Assembly (NCBI GenBank): GCA_003194425.1
Contig: PQXB01000001.1
Location: 460,444-492,443, forward strand
From: Candidatus Methanophagaceae archaeon
GTDB lineage: Archaea; Halobacteriota; Syntropharchaeia; Alkanophagales; Methanospirareceae
Length of the DNA stretch: 32,000 bases
Direction of reading: 5' to 3'
The notes under the pieces are model-generated. The model did no database searches. It saw only the letters and a program-made list of their open reading frames with translations, and was not told where the DNA came from. The translations under genes and the position numbers were made by a program. This document shows, piece after piece, positions 24,672 through 32,000 of this stretch. Every line of letters begins with the position of its first letter. The first letter of the stretch is position 1.

Positions 24672-25135
24672 TTTTTATTTTCTTCCTCCTTTTTTACGAT
24701 TAATGTGACTCCCGCCACATCAACTACAGTAATATCTTGTCCTTCTTCTATATTAATACCTTCCACAGATCTCGCCCGCCATTCCTCGTTCCCGATCTTT
24801 ACCAGACCGCTCGTATTTTTGCCAATTCTTGTTTTGACGGTTCCTGTCTTACCGATTATTGCATCAATGTTCGTCTTTGTATCGCTAACTTTCATCTTCG
24901 CCCTAATGTATTTCCTTCCAATGCCCACGTACAGCGCGCAGAAGGCGCTTGCACAGAGGGCGGTTACAAGCCACGAGTCGAGAAAACTCGTCAGGAGACC
25001 GCCCAATATTAGCGCAGAGCCAAGCATCACAAGATCAAAACCTGTCTCCACTCCTATAAACAACTCTAAAAGAATCATCAGGAGTCCCGCAACCACAAAT
25101 GCAGCCCATAACCACGCATCAAGAAGTTCTATCAT
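24662..25135 (-). CDS. NfeD-family membrane protein (short form with C-terminal OB fold)
   Basis: The N-terminal half contains TM helices. The C-terminal GKTGTVKTRIG..GLVKIGNEEWRARS..IEEGQDITVVDVAGVTLIV is the NfeD OB pattern. The gene overlaps the SPFH start by 10 nt. Confidence 0.85.
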   Translation of the reverse strand: MIELLDAWLWAAFVVAGLLMILLELFIGVETGFDLVMLGSALILGGLLTSFLDSWLVTALCASAFCALYVGIGRKYIRAKMKVSDTKTNIDAIIGKTGTVKTRIGKNTSGLVKIGNEEWRARSVEGINIEEGQDITVVDVAGVTLIVKKEEENKKWR

Positions 25136-25189
25136 TTGTCTCTCGTTCTGAGGAGTTTTAGTATTCTTAGTATTCTTATCTCCTCATTA

Positions 25190-25231
25190 AATTATTCAAC
25201 AGTCTTCCTCAATTATTCAACAGTCTTCCTC
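25190..25231. repeat. 2 x 21 bp perfect duplication (aattattcaacagtcttcctc) at the infB stop, upstream of nfeD
   Basis: Read directly. A separate 2 x 9 bp duplication (tagtattct) lies at 25159-25176. Confidence 0.95.
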
Positions 25232-27011
25232 ATTTAATTTTAATCTCCAACACCCTCTCCAAAATCGCCTCCTCTTCCGCCGAGAGCAGACCCCTAGCCT
25301 TCATCTCCTCCACCTCCGCCTCACTAACATCCACAAACAAGACCTCGTTCTCGTGTATTTGCCGCCCCACCGTCGGCTTCTTCATTGAAATCGCGACCTG
25401 CATTCCCTGCCCCGCGGTTTTTATGCTCTCGCCTCTGTCCTGAATCTCATTTATCGCACCAACCCCAGTCCCGTCGGATTTTATCAATTTCACGCCCGTT
25501 CTAATCTTCCCGCCCAAGATTTCAACGCCAAAAACCGCAGGCTTGCTCTGCCTGAAGACGCAGCCGGGCAGTATTTTTATCTCCGCAGGCGTAGTCAGCC
25601 GGTCCAAGAATTCCTTCCGCTCTCGCTCCTTCTCCGCCTTCACCCAGCCCTCGTAGTCCTCGATCAGCCGATAAATGACATCGTTCCTAAAGATCGGCAC
25701 ACCGCTCTCCAAAGCCGCCTCTTTCGCATCAGGAAGCACACCGACATTAAAACCCAAAATAACCCGCAGAAAACCGTCCTTTACCGCAACTGCGTCAATT
25801 ACATCCCGCTTGGAAATATTCCCGACCTCTGCCTTTTTTACCTTTCCCACGCCCACAGCCTTCAGTTCAAGAGAAAGAGCCTCCAGCGAGCCCATCGTGT
25901 CCGCCTTTATGATTATTCCTTCTGGGCTCGTCTCCATCTCCGTCCTCATTTCCTCAATCTCCCCCTTCACCTCTTTCACCACACTCTCAAGATTGCCTCC
26001 AGTCCTGACCCCGACCACACGCACCTGCGAGCCCGAGAGAGCGTTCTCTAAGCCAGGAGCCACTATTTTCACGCCAGAAGCCGCATTCACCGCCCGCACC
26101 CGCTCAAACCTCTGCTCCGTCCTTATTTCCTGCAACGCTCTCGGTTTCAGCAACGCCTTCACTCTCGTGACTAACGGCTCCCCCGCTCCTGCCCCTGCCG
26201 TGCTTCCCATCACGATTCGGTCGCCGACGCGGAGCCGTCCGTCGTATAAAATTACATCAATCGTGGTCCCGAGCCCCCGCTCCTCCTTCTTCTCCAGAAT
26301 CGTGCCGACGCCCGCCTCTTCCAAGTGAACCCGCAGCGTCCTCTCAAAGAACTTCTGCGAGAGCCCAATCAGGACGAGCAGCAAATCCGCAACACCCTCG
26401 CCGGTCTTCGCACAGAGCGGCACAATGCCCACCGCCTTTGCAAAGTCGTTTATTCGGTCGTACCGGTCAGCCGAGAAGCCCTTCTCGTGCAGGTCGCCCA
26501 CAATCTCGTACACCCTCGCGTCCAATTCCCGCCTCGCAAAATCCGGCTGCTCGCCGTCTCTGTAGTTGAGGACAAACGGCTTCTTTTGTGACTGCCAGCC
26601 TTTTATTCGGTCGATTTTGTTCAACGCCACGACGAACGGCGTTTTTAACGACCGCAGGACATTTAGCGACTCGTAAGTCTGCGGCTGAAATCCCTCCTTC
26701 ACATCCACAACCACAACCGCAACATCAGCCAACGCACTCCCCCGTTTCCGCAGGCTCACGAAGGCTTGGTGCCCGGGAGTGTCAATAAAAAGCAGACCAG
26801 GAACTTCAATTCCCGCCCAGTCCTTTTTTAGAGGCTCGCAAATCTTTTTTATCGTGCTAATCGGAATCTCTGTCGCCCCGATGTGCTGTGTCACTCGCCC
26901 TGCTTCCTTCGCTGCTACCGCGGTACCGCGGATTGAATCGAGCAGCGTGGTCTTGCCGTGGTCAATGTGTCCCAGAACTGACAGAATCGGGGTTCTTATT
27001 TGTTCTCGCAT
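25230..27011 (-). CDS. infB: translation initiation factor aIF5B (IF-2 homolog)
   Basis: GTPase motifs are GHIDHGKT, DTPGH and NKID. The track start is the GTG at 27020. The ATG at 27011 has better spacing from the GGAGGAGG at about 27022-27029. Confidence 0.92.
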   Translation of the reverse strand: MREQIRTPILSVLGHIDHGKTTLLDSIRGTAVAAKEAGRVTQHIGATEIPISTIKKICEPLKKDWAGIEVPGLLFIDTPGHQAFVSLRKRGSALADVAVVVVDVKEGFQPQTYESLNVLRSLKTPFVVALNKIDRIKGWQSQKKPFVLNYRDGEQPDFARRELDARVYEIVGDLHEKGFSADRYDRINDFAKAVGIVPLCAKTGEGVADLLLVLIGLSQKFFERTLRVHLEEAGVGTILEKKEERGLGTTIDVILYDGRLRVGDRIVMGSTAGAGAGEPLVTRVKALLKPRALQEIRTEQRFERVRAVNAASGVKIVAPGLENALSGSQVRVVGVRTGGNLESVVKEVKGEIEEMRTEMETSPEGIIIKADTMGSLEALSLELKAVGVGKVKKAEVGNISKRDVIDAVAVKDGFLRVILGFNVGVLPDAKEAALESGVPIFRNDVIYRLIEDYEGWVKAEKERERKEFLDRLTTPAEIKILPGCVFRQSKPAVFGVEILGGKIRTGVKLIKSDGTGVGAINEIQDRGESIKTAGQGMQVAISMKKPTVGRQIHENEVLFVDVSEAEVEEMKARGLLSAEEEAILERVLEIKIK

Positions 27012-27030
27012 AATTTTCACTTCCTCCTCC

Positions 27031-27774
27031 TCAATCTATTTCTTCAACCCACCTCTCTTCAATTACCGCTTCTTTGATGTAAATTTCTTTGTTATCGGTG
27101 TTAAACTCCGGTTTCATAGTTACTTTTATCTTTGATAAATCCTCTAATTTCCAGCCAACAGTTTTAAATTGCTGCGGTTCCACCTCGCGAATAACAGATC
27201 CCAAAAGTAAATGCAGAGCGTCATTTTTTATCTTTGCTCTTGTATTTTTGAGAGGTGTAAAGAAAAAATCTCTCGGCGACCCCTCGTGAGGTCTGGTAGT
27301 GGCTTTCAGTTCCAAATAAGTCGTCCTGCCCCACTTGTCCTCTATTTTTTCATCCGGGTAGCCCTGAGCTCCGAACTTTTCAACCGCAGCAATGCACTCA
27401 AACTCTTCCTTCTCCTCTCCTTTTCCCTCTTTTAACTCCTCAAATCTTTGCGGAAATACTCTCTCTAAAATCACACTTACTTCGTTGGCTCTGAAATTTC
27501 TGGGAAGGTGCCCCAGTTGCTCTTTGTATAAAATAGGAGTAATCAAATGTTTGTTGTGAAAAAGCGTGATAGAATCTGCTAATTTTACGATGTTTTTCTT
27601 AAGGGCGAGGTTTCTCTCATCCCTCAAGTCCATTGAATAAACCTCGTAGCCCAAAGTGGATTCAAGAATGATGGAAAAAGGAACACGATGAAAAGCAGAT
27701 AAAATGTTCTTTATAATTTTTTGATACTCCTCAAATTTCTTCTCCGTCTCTTCCGCCCCTGCTGTCTCTTTCAT
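27031..27774 (-). CDS. hypothetical PD-(D/E)xK nuclease-like protein, candidate restriction endonuclease
   Basis: The core GYPDEKIEDKWGRTTYLELKAT has the form PD..x14..ExK. Its start is 2 nt after the methyltransferase stop. The coding sequence is AT-richer than its neighbours. No family was recognised. Confidence 0.45.
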   Translation of the reverse strand: MKETAGAEETEKKFEEYQKIIKNILSAFHRVPFSIILESTLGYEVYSMDLRDERNLALKKNIVKLADSITLFHNKHLITPILYKEQLGHLPRNFRANEVSVILERVFPQRFEELKEGKGEEKEEFECIAAVEKFGAQGYPDEKIEDKWGRTTYLELKATTRPHEGSPRDFFFTPLKNTRAKIKNDALHLLLGSVIREVEPQQFKTVGWKLEDLSKIKVTMKPEFNTDNKEIYIKEAVIEERWVEEID

Positions 27775-27776
27775 AA

Positions 27777-29054
27777 TTACGCCCCCTCTTTCGTGAATAT
27801 TAATATTTTTTCCTTCTGCATCACATTGTAAAGCCCAAAGATAATTTTATCGATATTTCGCACCAGCCTGAACCCTACCGCTTCAGCAGAATTTATTGTA
27901 AATTCAACGGTCTTCACCTCTTTACCAAGATAAGTCGCGTTACCGACCACGACCGCTGCAAATTTGCCTGGTTTTAGAACCCTAAACATCTCCTCCAAAC
28001 TCCTCCTCAAGTCCTCGTTGTACAACTTAATTCTTGCCACCCCCTTCCCTCGCAGCCCCATAAATTTCTCTCTAATCTCAGACAGGCTGTACCCCAACCT
28101 CCTCCCTGACCCTAAACTCCCTGACCCTAAAGCCTTCAAAGCGTGAGCGTCGTTTGCAACATAATCCAACGCGATGGAATAAGGCGGAGAGGTTACGATG
28201 CCGTCAATGCTCTCTGAATCCACCGACAACGACAAATCTCGTGCGTCTCCCTCGACAACGCAGACCTTCCCTAATTCCAAATTCCGGCTCTCTTTAACCT
28301 CTACAAAATCCTTAACAGAAGAAACCATTAAGTCGAGATTTGTTCTAAGCGCGCTAAAAAACTCCTTCTTCCGCCTCGCACTGTCGCTTATCGCAACCAA
28401 CTCGGCTAATTTGTAAAAATTCCTCACCTTCTCGTTTGAGATTGAATTTATCATCGCATCCAACGATTTGTTCTCAATGTTAAAGAGGTTCACACCCGTC
28501 CGTTTAAGAATTTCATCACGCCACTCCTCGATCTCAGGGAGCACCGCTACAGACTCTGTCTTCACTCGGGTTTGGAGGACGCAGAGAGGCGAGACATCAA
28601 TTCCAACGCAGTTGATTCCTAATAATTCTGCCTCGACCGCGGTCGTCCCGCTGCCTACAAAGGGGTCAAGAACCGTCTCTCCTCGCTCAAGTCCGAGAAT
28701 GTTCAGGAGCGCCCGAATCATCTGCAGGTGAAACTTGCCTTTGTAGGGGTAAATCCAGTGTGTCAGGTATTGGTTTACGGAGCGAGTTCTGTTCCTCTGA
28801 ATTATCTGAAAATAATCGGTCTGCTCCCCTCTAACAGCCTTAAAATACGCCAACCTCCTTCTAAGCCGCTCCTCGTCTTCCACACCCAACAACCTAAATT
28901 TTCTGAGCCCGTTTGTTAGCTCAAACCGAGCACCCAAAACTTGCAGTTCAAGTTGAGCCAGTGCCAGCTCGTAGATAAATTGGACATTCTCAAGCATTTC
29001 CAACTGTTTGTCTGCGGGCTCATTTTTATCCGCGCTTTCCCCTTCTTCAAGCAT
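27777..29054 (-). CDS. DNA methyltransferase (amino-MTase, N6-A or N4-C type)
   Basis: Motif I is [19 protein letters not shown] and motif IV is [13 protein letters not shown], about 150 aa downstream. The track ORF runs to 29150, overlapping dnaJ by 104 nt. The ATG at 29054 overlaps the dnaJ stop by 8 nt, and the ATG at 28997 is another option. Confidence 0.8.
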   Translation of the reverse strand: MLEEGESADKNEPADKQLEMLENVQFIYELALAQLELQVLGARFELTNGLRKFRLLGVEDEERLRRRLAYFKAVRGEQTDYFQIIQRNRTRSVNQYLTHWIYPYKGKFHLQMIRALLNILGLERGETVLDPFVGSGTTAVEAELLGINCVGIDVSPLCVLQTRVKTESVAVLPEIEEWRDEILKRTGVNLFNIENKSLDAMINSISNEKVRNFYKLAELVAISDSARRKKEFFSALRTNLDLMVSSVKDFVEVKESRNLELGKVCVVEGDARDLSLSVDSESIDGIVTSPPYSIALDYVANDAHALKALGSGSLGSGRRLGYSLSEIREKFMGLRGKGVARIKLYNEDLRRSLEEMFRVLKPGKFAAVVVGNATYLGKEVKTVEFTINSAEAVGFRLVRNIDKIIFGLYNVMQKEKILIFTKEGA

Positions 29055-30297
29055 CCTTCTCCCTTTGAGTCTTTCTACTCTTCCGCCAGAAATGTCTTTT
29101 CTTCCGACTCTCTTTCTCCTCTCGCCCCTCCCCTCGCCCCTCCCTGTCAAATTCCCGCAGCAGTTCCTTCTGCCTTTTACTCAGTTTTGTCGGCGTTACC
29201 ACACGCACTTTCACCAGCAGGTCTCCTTTCTCTCTCCCGCCGCCGTAGCCTTTTAAACTCGGCATTCCGCGGTTCTTCAGTTGAAAGACCGTGCCCGACT
29301 GCGTTCCCGCAGGCATTTTCACGCTCGCCTTCTCCCCTTCCACCGTGCTTACTTCAATCTCGTCGCCAAGCGCCGCTTGTGCAAACCGAACAGGGACTTC
29401 GCAGAACAGGTCGTTCCCGTCCCGGCTAAAGAACTCGTGCTCCTGCACGTGCAGCACGACAAACAAGTCCCCAGACGGTCCGCCTCTCTCTCCTGCTCCT
29501 CCTTCGCCCGCGACCCTTAGTCTGCTTCCTGTCTCCACACCCGCGGGCACCCGCACTAAAATCCGCTTCTTCACTCTGACCTTCCCGCTACCCCCGCAGT
29601 TCTCACAGGGCTTCTCAACTACCTCACCTCTGCCTCCGCAGCGGGGGCAGGTGGAGACGGAAATGAATTGAGCGAAACCCTGCCTCTGCACTCTTTTTAC
29701 TTGTCCCGCTCCTCCGCAGGTGGGACAGGTTTTTAGCCCGCTGGAACCCGAGCTCGCACTCGCACCTGTTCCGCCACACGAGGGGCACCGCTCCTCCTTA
29801 GAGACGCTTATTTCCTTCTCCACACCCTTCGCCGCTTCCTCAAGGGTAATTTCAAGGTCGTACCTGAGGTCCCTTCCTCTTTCTGGTCCGTACCGTTCCT
29901 CTGCTCCTGCTCTCGTGTAACCTCTGCCGCCGCCGAAGAGGTCGTCAAATCTAAAATCGCCTCGCCCGAAGAAGCTACCGAAGAGGTCTCCGAAAATGTC
30001 CTCTACGTCGCTGGACCTCGTGAAATTTGACCACTCGAAACCGCCGGGACCAAAATCAACCCCAGCACGCCCGAACCTGTCGTAGTTCGCTCGCTTCTGC
30101 GGGTCCGACAAGACCTCGTAAGCCTCCGAGATCTCTTTAAACTTCTCCTCTGCTTCTTTTGGGCTCTTCCTGTTGACGTCGACGTCAGGGTGGTATTTCT
30201 TGGCTAACCTGCGGTAAGCACGCTTCACCTCTTCTTTCGACGCTTCTCTGCCCACGCCCAGAATTTCGTAGTAGTCTTTTTCCTTCCTTTCTACCAA
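29047..30297 (-). CDS. dnaJ: chaperone DnaJ (type I: J domain, G/F region, four CxxCxGxG motifs)
   Basis: DYYEILGV...KKYHPD is the J domain. The zinc-finger motifs are [24 protein letters not shown] and CENCGGSG. The start is a TTG at 30297, preceded by GGAGGAGG-like repeats. Confidence 0.92.
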   Translation of the reverse strand: MVERKEKDYYEILGVGREASKEEVKRAYRRLAKKYHPDVDVNRKSPKEAEEKFKEISEAYEVLSDPQKRANYDRFGRAGVDFGPGGFEWSNFTRSSDVEDIFGDLFGSFFGRGDFRFDDLFGGGRGYTRAGAEERYGPERGRDLRYDLEITLEEAAKGVEKEISVSKEERCPSCGGTGASASSGSSGLKTCPTCGGAGQVKRVQRQGFAQFISVSTCPRCGGRGEVVEKPCENCGGSGKVRVKKRILVRVPAGVETGSRLRVAGEGGAGERGGPSGDLFVVLHVQEHEFFSRDGNDLFCEVPVRFAQAALGDEIEVSTVEGEKASVKMPAGTQSGTVFQLKNRGMPSLKGYGGGREKGDLLVKVRVVTPTKLSKRQKELLREFDREGRGEGREEKESRKKRHFWRKSRKTQREKDA

Positions 30298-30394
30298 CTC
30301 ACCTCGTCCTCCTCCTCTCGTCCTCCTCTCGTCCTCTTCTCGACTCGTCCTTCGCTGTTAAAGAATTTATCTTTTAAGGCTTAAATTTAAAAAA

Positions 30395-30991
30395 ATGAAC
30401 TACAAGGGACACCTGACCGTCGGTCTTGCCTGCGCCCTCGCCTTAAGTCTTGCCCTCTTCGTAGCCGTGGCAGAAGACCTTTTCCTCGCTCTCCCGCTCC
30501 CGTTCTTCTCTCTCCTGCACCCGTTCTTCTCTCTCCCGTTCTTCTCTCTCCCGTTCTCGCTCGACTTCAAAGAACTGCCGTTGTGGATTTTAATCTGCCT
30601 CTTCGGCTCGCTCGCACCCGACCTCGACCACAAGCACAGCAAAATCCACAGGTGGTCTTACACCGGCTCAGTCTCGTTCGGAGCCGCCCTCTACCTCCTC
30701 TCCCACGAGCCGTTTCAGGCGTTGGCAGTTACAGCCGCGCTCGTGCTCACCGTCTTTTTACTCTCACGGCTGAAGCACCGCGGCTTTACACACCACGCAC
30801 CAGGAGTGGTCATTTTTGCGGTGCTCTTGTACGCGGCGTTTTCTGTGCTGAACTTCTCGTCGCCGGTCGTGGTTACTGGGTTTGGAGTGGCGGGGTATTT
30901 GAGCCACCTCGCTGCAGACTTCTTCTCCACTCGGAGCAAAAGAAAAGCCAACAAAGCGAGCAAGCAAACAGGCAAGCGAGCAAGCAAGTAG
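30395..30991 (+). CDS. membrane-bound metal-dependent hydrolase, YdjM/DUF457-like
   Basis: NYKGHL..., LAPDLDHKHSKIHR, HRGFTHH and SHLAADFF are His/Asp-rich motifs set in a polytopic protein. Confidence 0.65.
   Translation: MNYKGHLTVGLACALALSLALFVAVAEDLFLALPLPFFSLLHPFFSLPFFSLPFSLDFKELPLWILICLFGSLAPDLDHKHSKIHRWSYTGSVSFGAALYLLSHEPFQALAVTAALVLTVFLLSRLKHRGFTHHAPGVVIFAVLLYAAFSVLNFSSPVVVTGFGVAGYLSHLAADFFSTRSKRKANKASKQTGKRASK
30499..30559 (+). repeat. about 3.5 x 15 bp in-frame repeat (cccgttcttctctct) in the DUF457 gene
   Basis: It encodes PFFSLLHPFFSLPFFSLPFS. Confidence 0.85.
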
Positions 30992-31000
30992 GTAAGAAAA

Positions 31001-31834
31001 ATGAAAGGTTTAAAAGGGAAGGGAAAACCTGCGGTAGTGGGCGTGCTGAAAAGCCTCTCCGTTCAGGAGGCGTTGCGAGCGAAGGAGAGCGGGGCGGACG
31101 CGGTAGAGTTGAGAATTGACCTCTTGAATTTAGATTTGGGGGAGAAGGTAAATTTGGAGAGGGGGGGGAAGGGAGAGGAGGAGGGAGTAGAGAAGGTGCG
31201 AGAGTTCGTTGCGAGATTCAAAAAGGAGGGCGGGGGACTGCCAATAATCGCGACGAACCGCAGAAAAGAGGAAGGCGGGTCTTTCGGGGGCACCGAGGAA
31301 GAGCGGGTTGGTCTGCTAACTCGCCTCCTCGAGACTGCGGAGCTGGACGCTGTAGACATCGAGTTCTTCGCTCCCGAGGCGGGGAAAAAGGCTGTTTTAG
31401 AAACAGCGAGAAGACACCGCAGAACCGTTATTCTCTCGTTCCACGACTTCACAGGAATGCCAAGCCGCGAGGAGATTTTGGAAATCGTTGCGAGAATGCA
31501 CGAGGAAGGTGGGGGAACAGGTGAGGGCGGGTGCGTTGCAAAAATCGCGGTGACGCCGAGGACTCTGGGCGACGCTCTGTTTCTGCTTGACCTGACCTAC
31601 AAACTCTCAAGCGAGGGGAAGGCGGTGGCTACGATTGGAATGGGTGCAGTAGGAAGGCACTTGCGAGTAGTTGCACCCCTCTACGGCTCTGCACTGACCT
31701 ACGGCTTCCTGGAAGGCGAAGAAGGCGAAGAAGGAGAGGGAGGGGAGGAAGGAGAGGAAGGAGGAGTGGCTGTAGCACCGGGTCAGTTTAGTGTGAAGGA
31801 GTTAAGGGGAATGCTGCAAAATCTAATCTTCTGA
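31001..31834 (+). CDS. aroD: 3-dehydroquinate dehydratase, type I
   Basis: GADAVELRIDLL, IATNRRKEEGG, ILSFHDF, AKIAV (Schiff-base Lys context) and GMG..G...RV..PLYGSALTYG. Confidence 0.88.
   Translation: MKGLKGKGKPAVVGVLKSLSVQEALRAKESGADAVELRIDLLNLDLGEKVNLERGGKGEEEGVEKVREFVARFKKEGGGLPIIATNRRKEEGGSFGGTEEERVGLLTRLLETAELDAVDIEFFAPEAGKKAVLETARRHRRTVILSFHDFTGMPSREEILEIVARMHEEGGGTGEGGCVAKIAVTPRTLGDALFLLDLTYKLSSEGKAVATIGMGAVGRHLRVVAPLYGSALTYGFLEGEEGEEGEGGEEGEEGGVAVAPGQFSVKELRGMLQNLIF
31712..31765 (+). repeat. 6 x 9 bp in-frame purine repeat (gaaggcgaa family) in aroD
   Basis: It encodes EGEEGEEGEGGEEGEEGG, inserted between the conserved LTYGF and APGQ segments. Confidence 0.9.
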
Positions 31835-32000
31835 ACGAGTTTATTGATTCTACGCACTGCATTCCCCGAGCCTTTAAAATCCGCCCTACCGCCTCACGAA
31901 ACCGCCGTTCCACCCGCACTCCCTCTCGCTCCAGCCGAGCCGAGAGTTTCTTGTTAAACCCGTTCCCCGCCCTGTCGTAGTCTGTCAGAATCGCGACCCT
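31788..32000 (-). CDS. Toprim-domain small primase-like protein, 5' part outside the window
   Basis: Hand translation of the minus strand gives RVAILTDYDRAGNGFNKKLSARLEREGVRVERRFREAVGRILKARGMQCVE..., open to the window edge. The stop is at 31788-31790. It overlaps the aroD 3' end by 47 nt. Confidence 0.5.
   Translation of the reverse strand, partial: RVAILTDYDRAGNGFNKKLSARLEREGVRVERRFREAVGRILKARGMQCVESINSFRRLDFAAFPLTPSH

Overview
The window is a chromosomal segment with archaeal, euryarchaeal-type gene content: S6e, S8e, aIF5B, archaeal-type SAM synthetase, an FwdA-like amidohydrolase and an archaeal-style che cluster. The organism is not identified. From left to right it holds: (1) a chemotaxis cluster, with two tandem MCP paralogs followed by cheW, cheY, a CheC/CheX-like gene, cheB and cheA. 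(2) An orphan FwdA-like amidohydrolase and a LamG/lamin-tail surface protein. (3) A phosphate module of PiT transporter, DUF47 and a PhoU+TrkA-C protein. (4) A UbiA prenyltransferase preceded by small ORFs. (5) mutL. (6) A DUF4389-PspA-PspAA membrane-stress module. (7) Housekeeping genes: rps6e, SAM synthetase, Sua5/TsaC, a Zn-ribbon protein missing from the ORF track, rps8e and aspS. (8) An NfeD/SPFH pair. (9) The same-strand run dnaJ, DNA methyltransferase, PD-(D/E)xK nuclease-like gene and aIF5B, where the two middle genes form a visibly AT-richer restriction-modification-like island. (10) A DUF457 hydrolase, aroD and a partial Toprim gene. The most unusual property is a very high density of perfect short tandem duplications with 9-23 bp units, plus one of 84 bp. 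They lie in frame inside at least a dozen conserved genes and at many gene boundaries. One 23-bp duplication splits an ORF, one 17-bp duplication duplicates a start codon, and one identical 22-nt repeat block occurs in two unrelated genes. Two genes appear to lack a canonical start codon for their conserved N-termini: one sits behind a G11/A6 homopolymer context, and the other has an AUA codon at ideal Shine-Dalgarno spacing. All calls rest on motif recognition by eye, with no database search.
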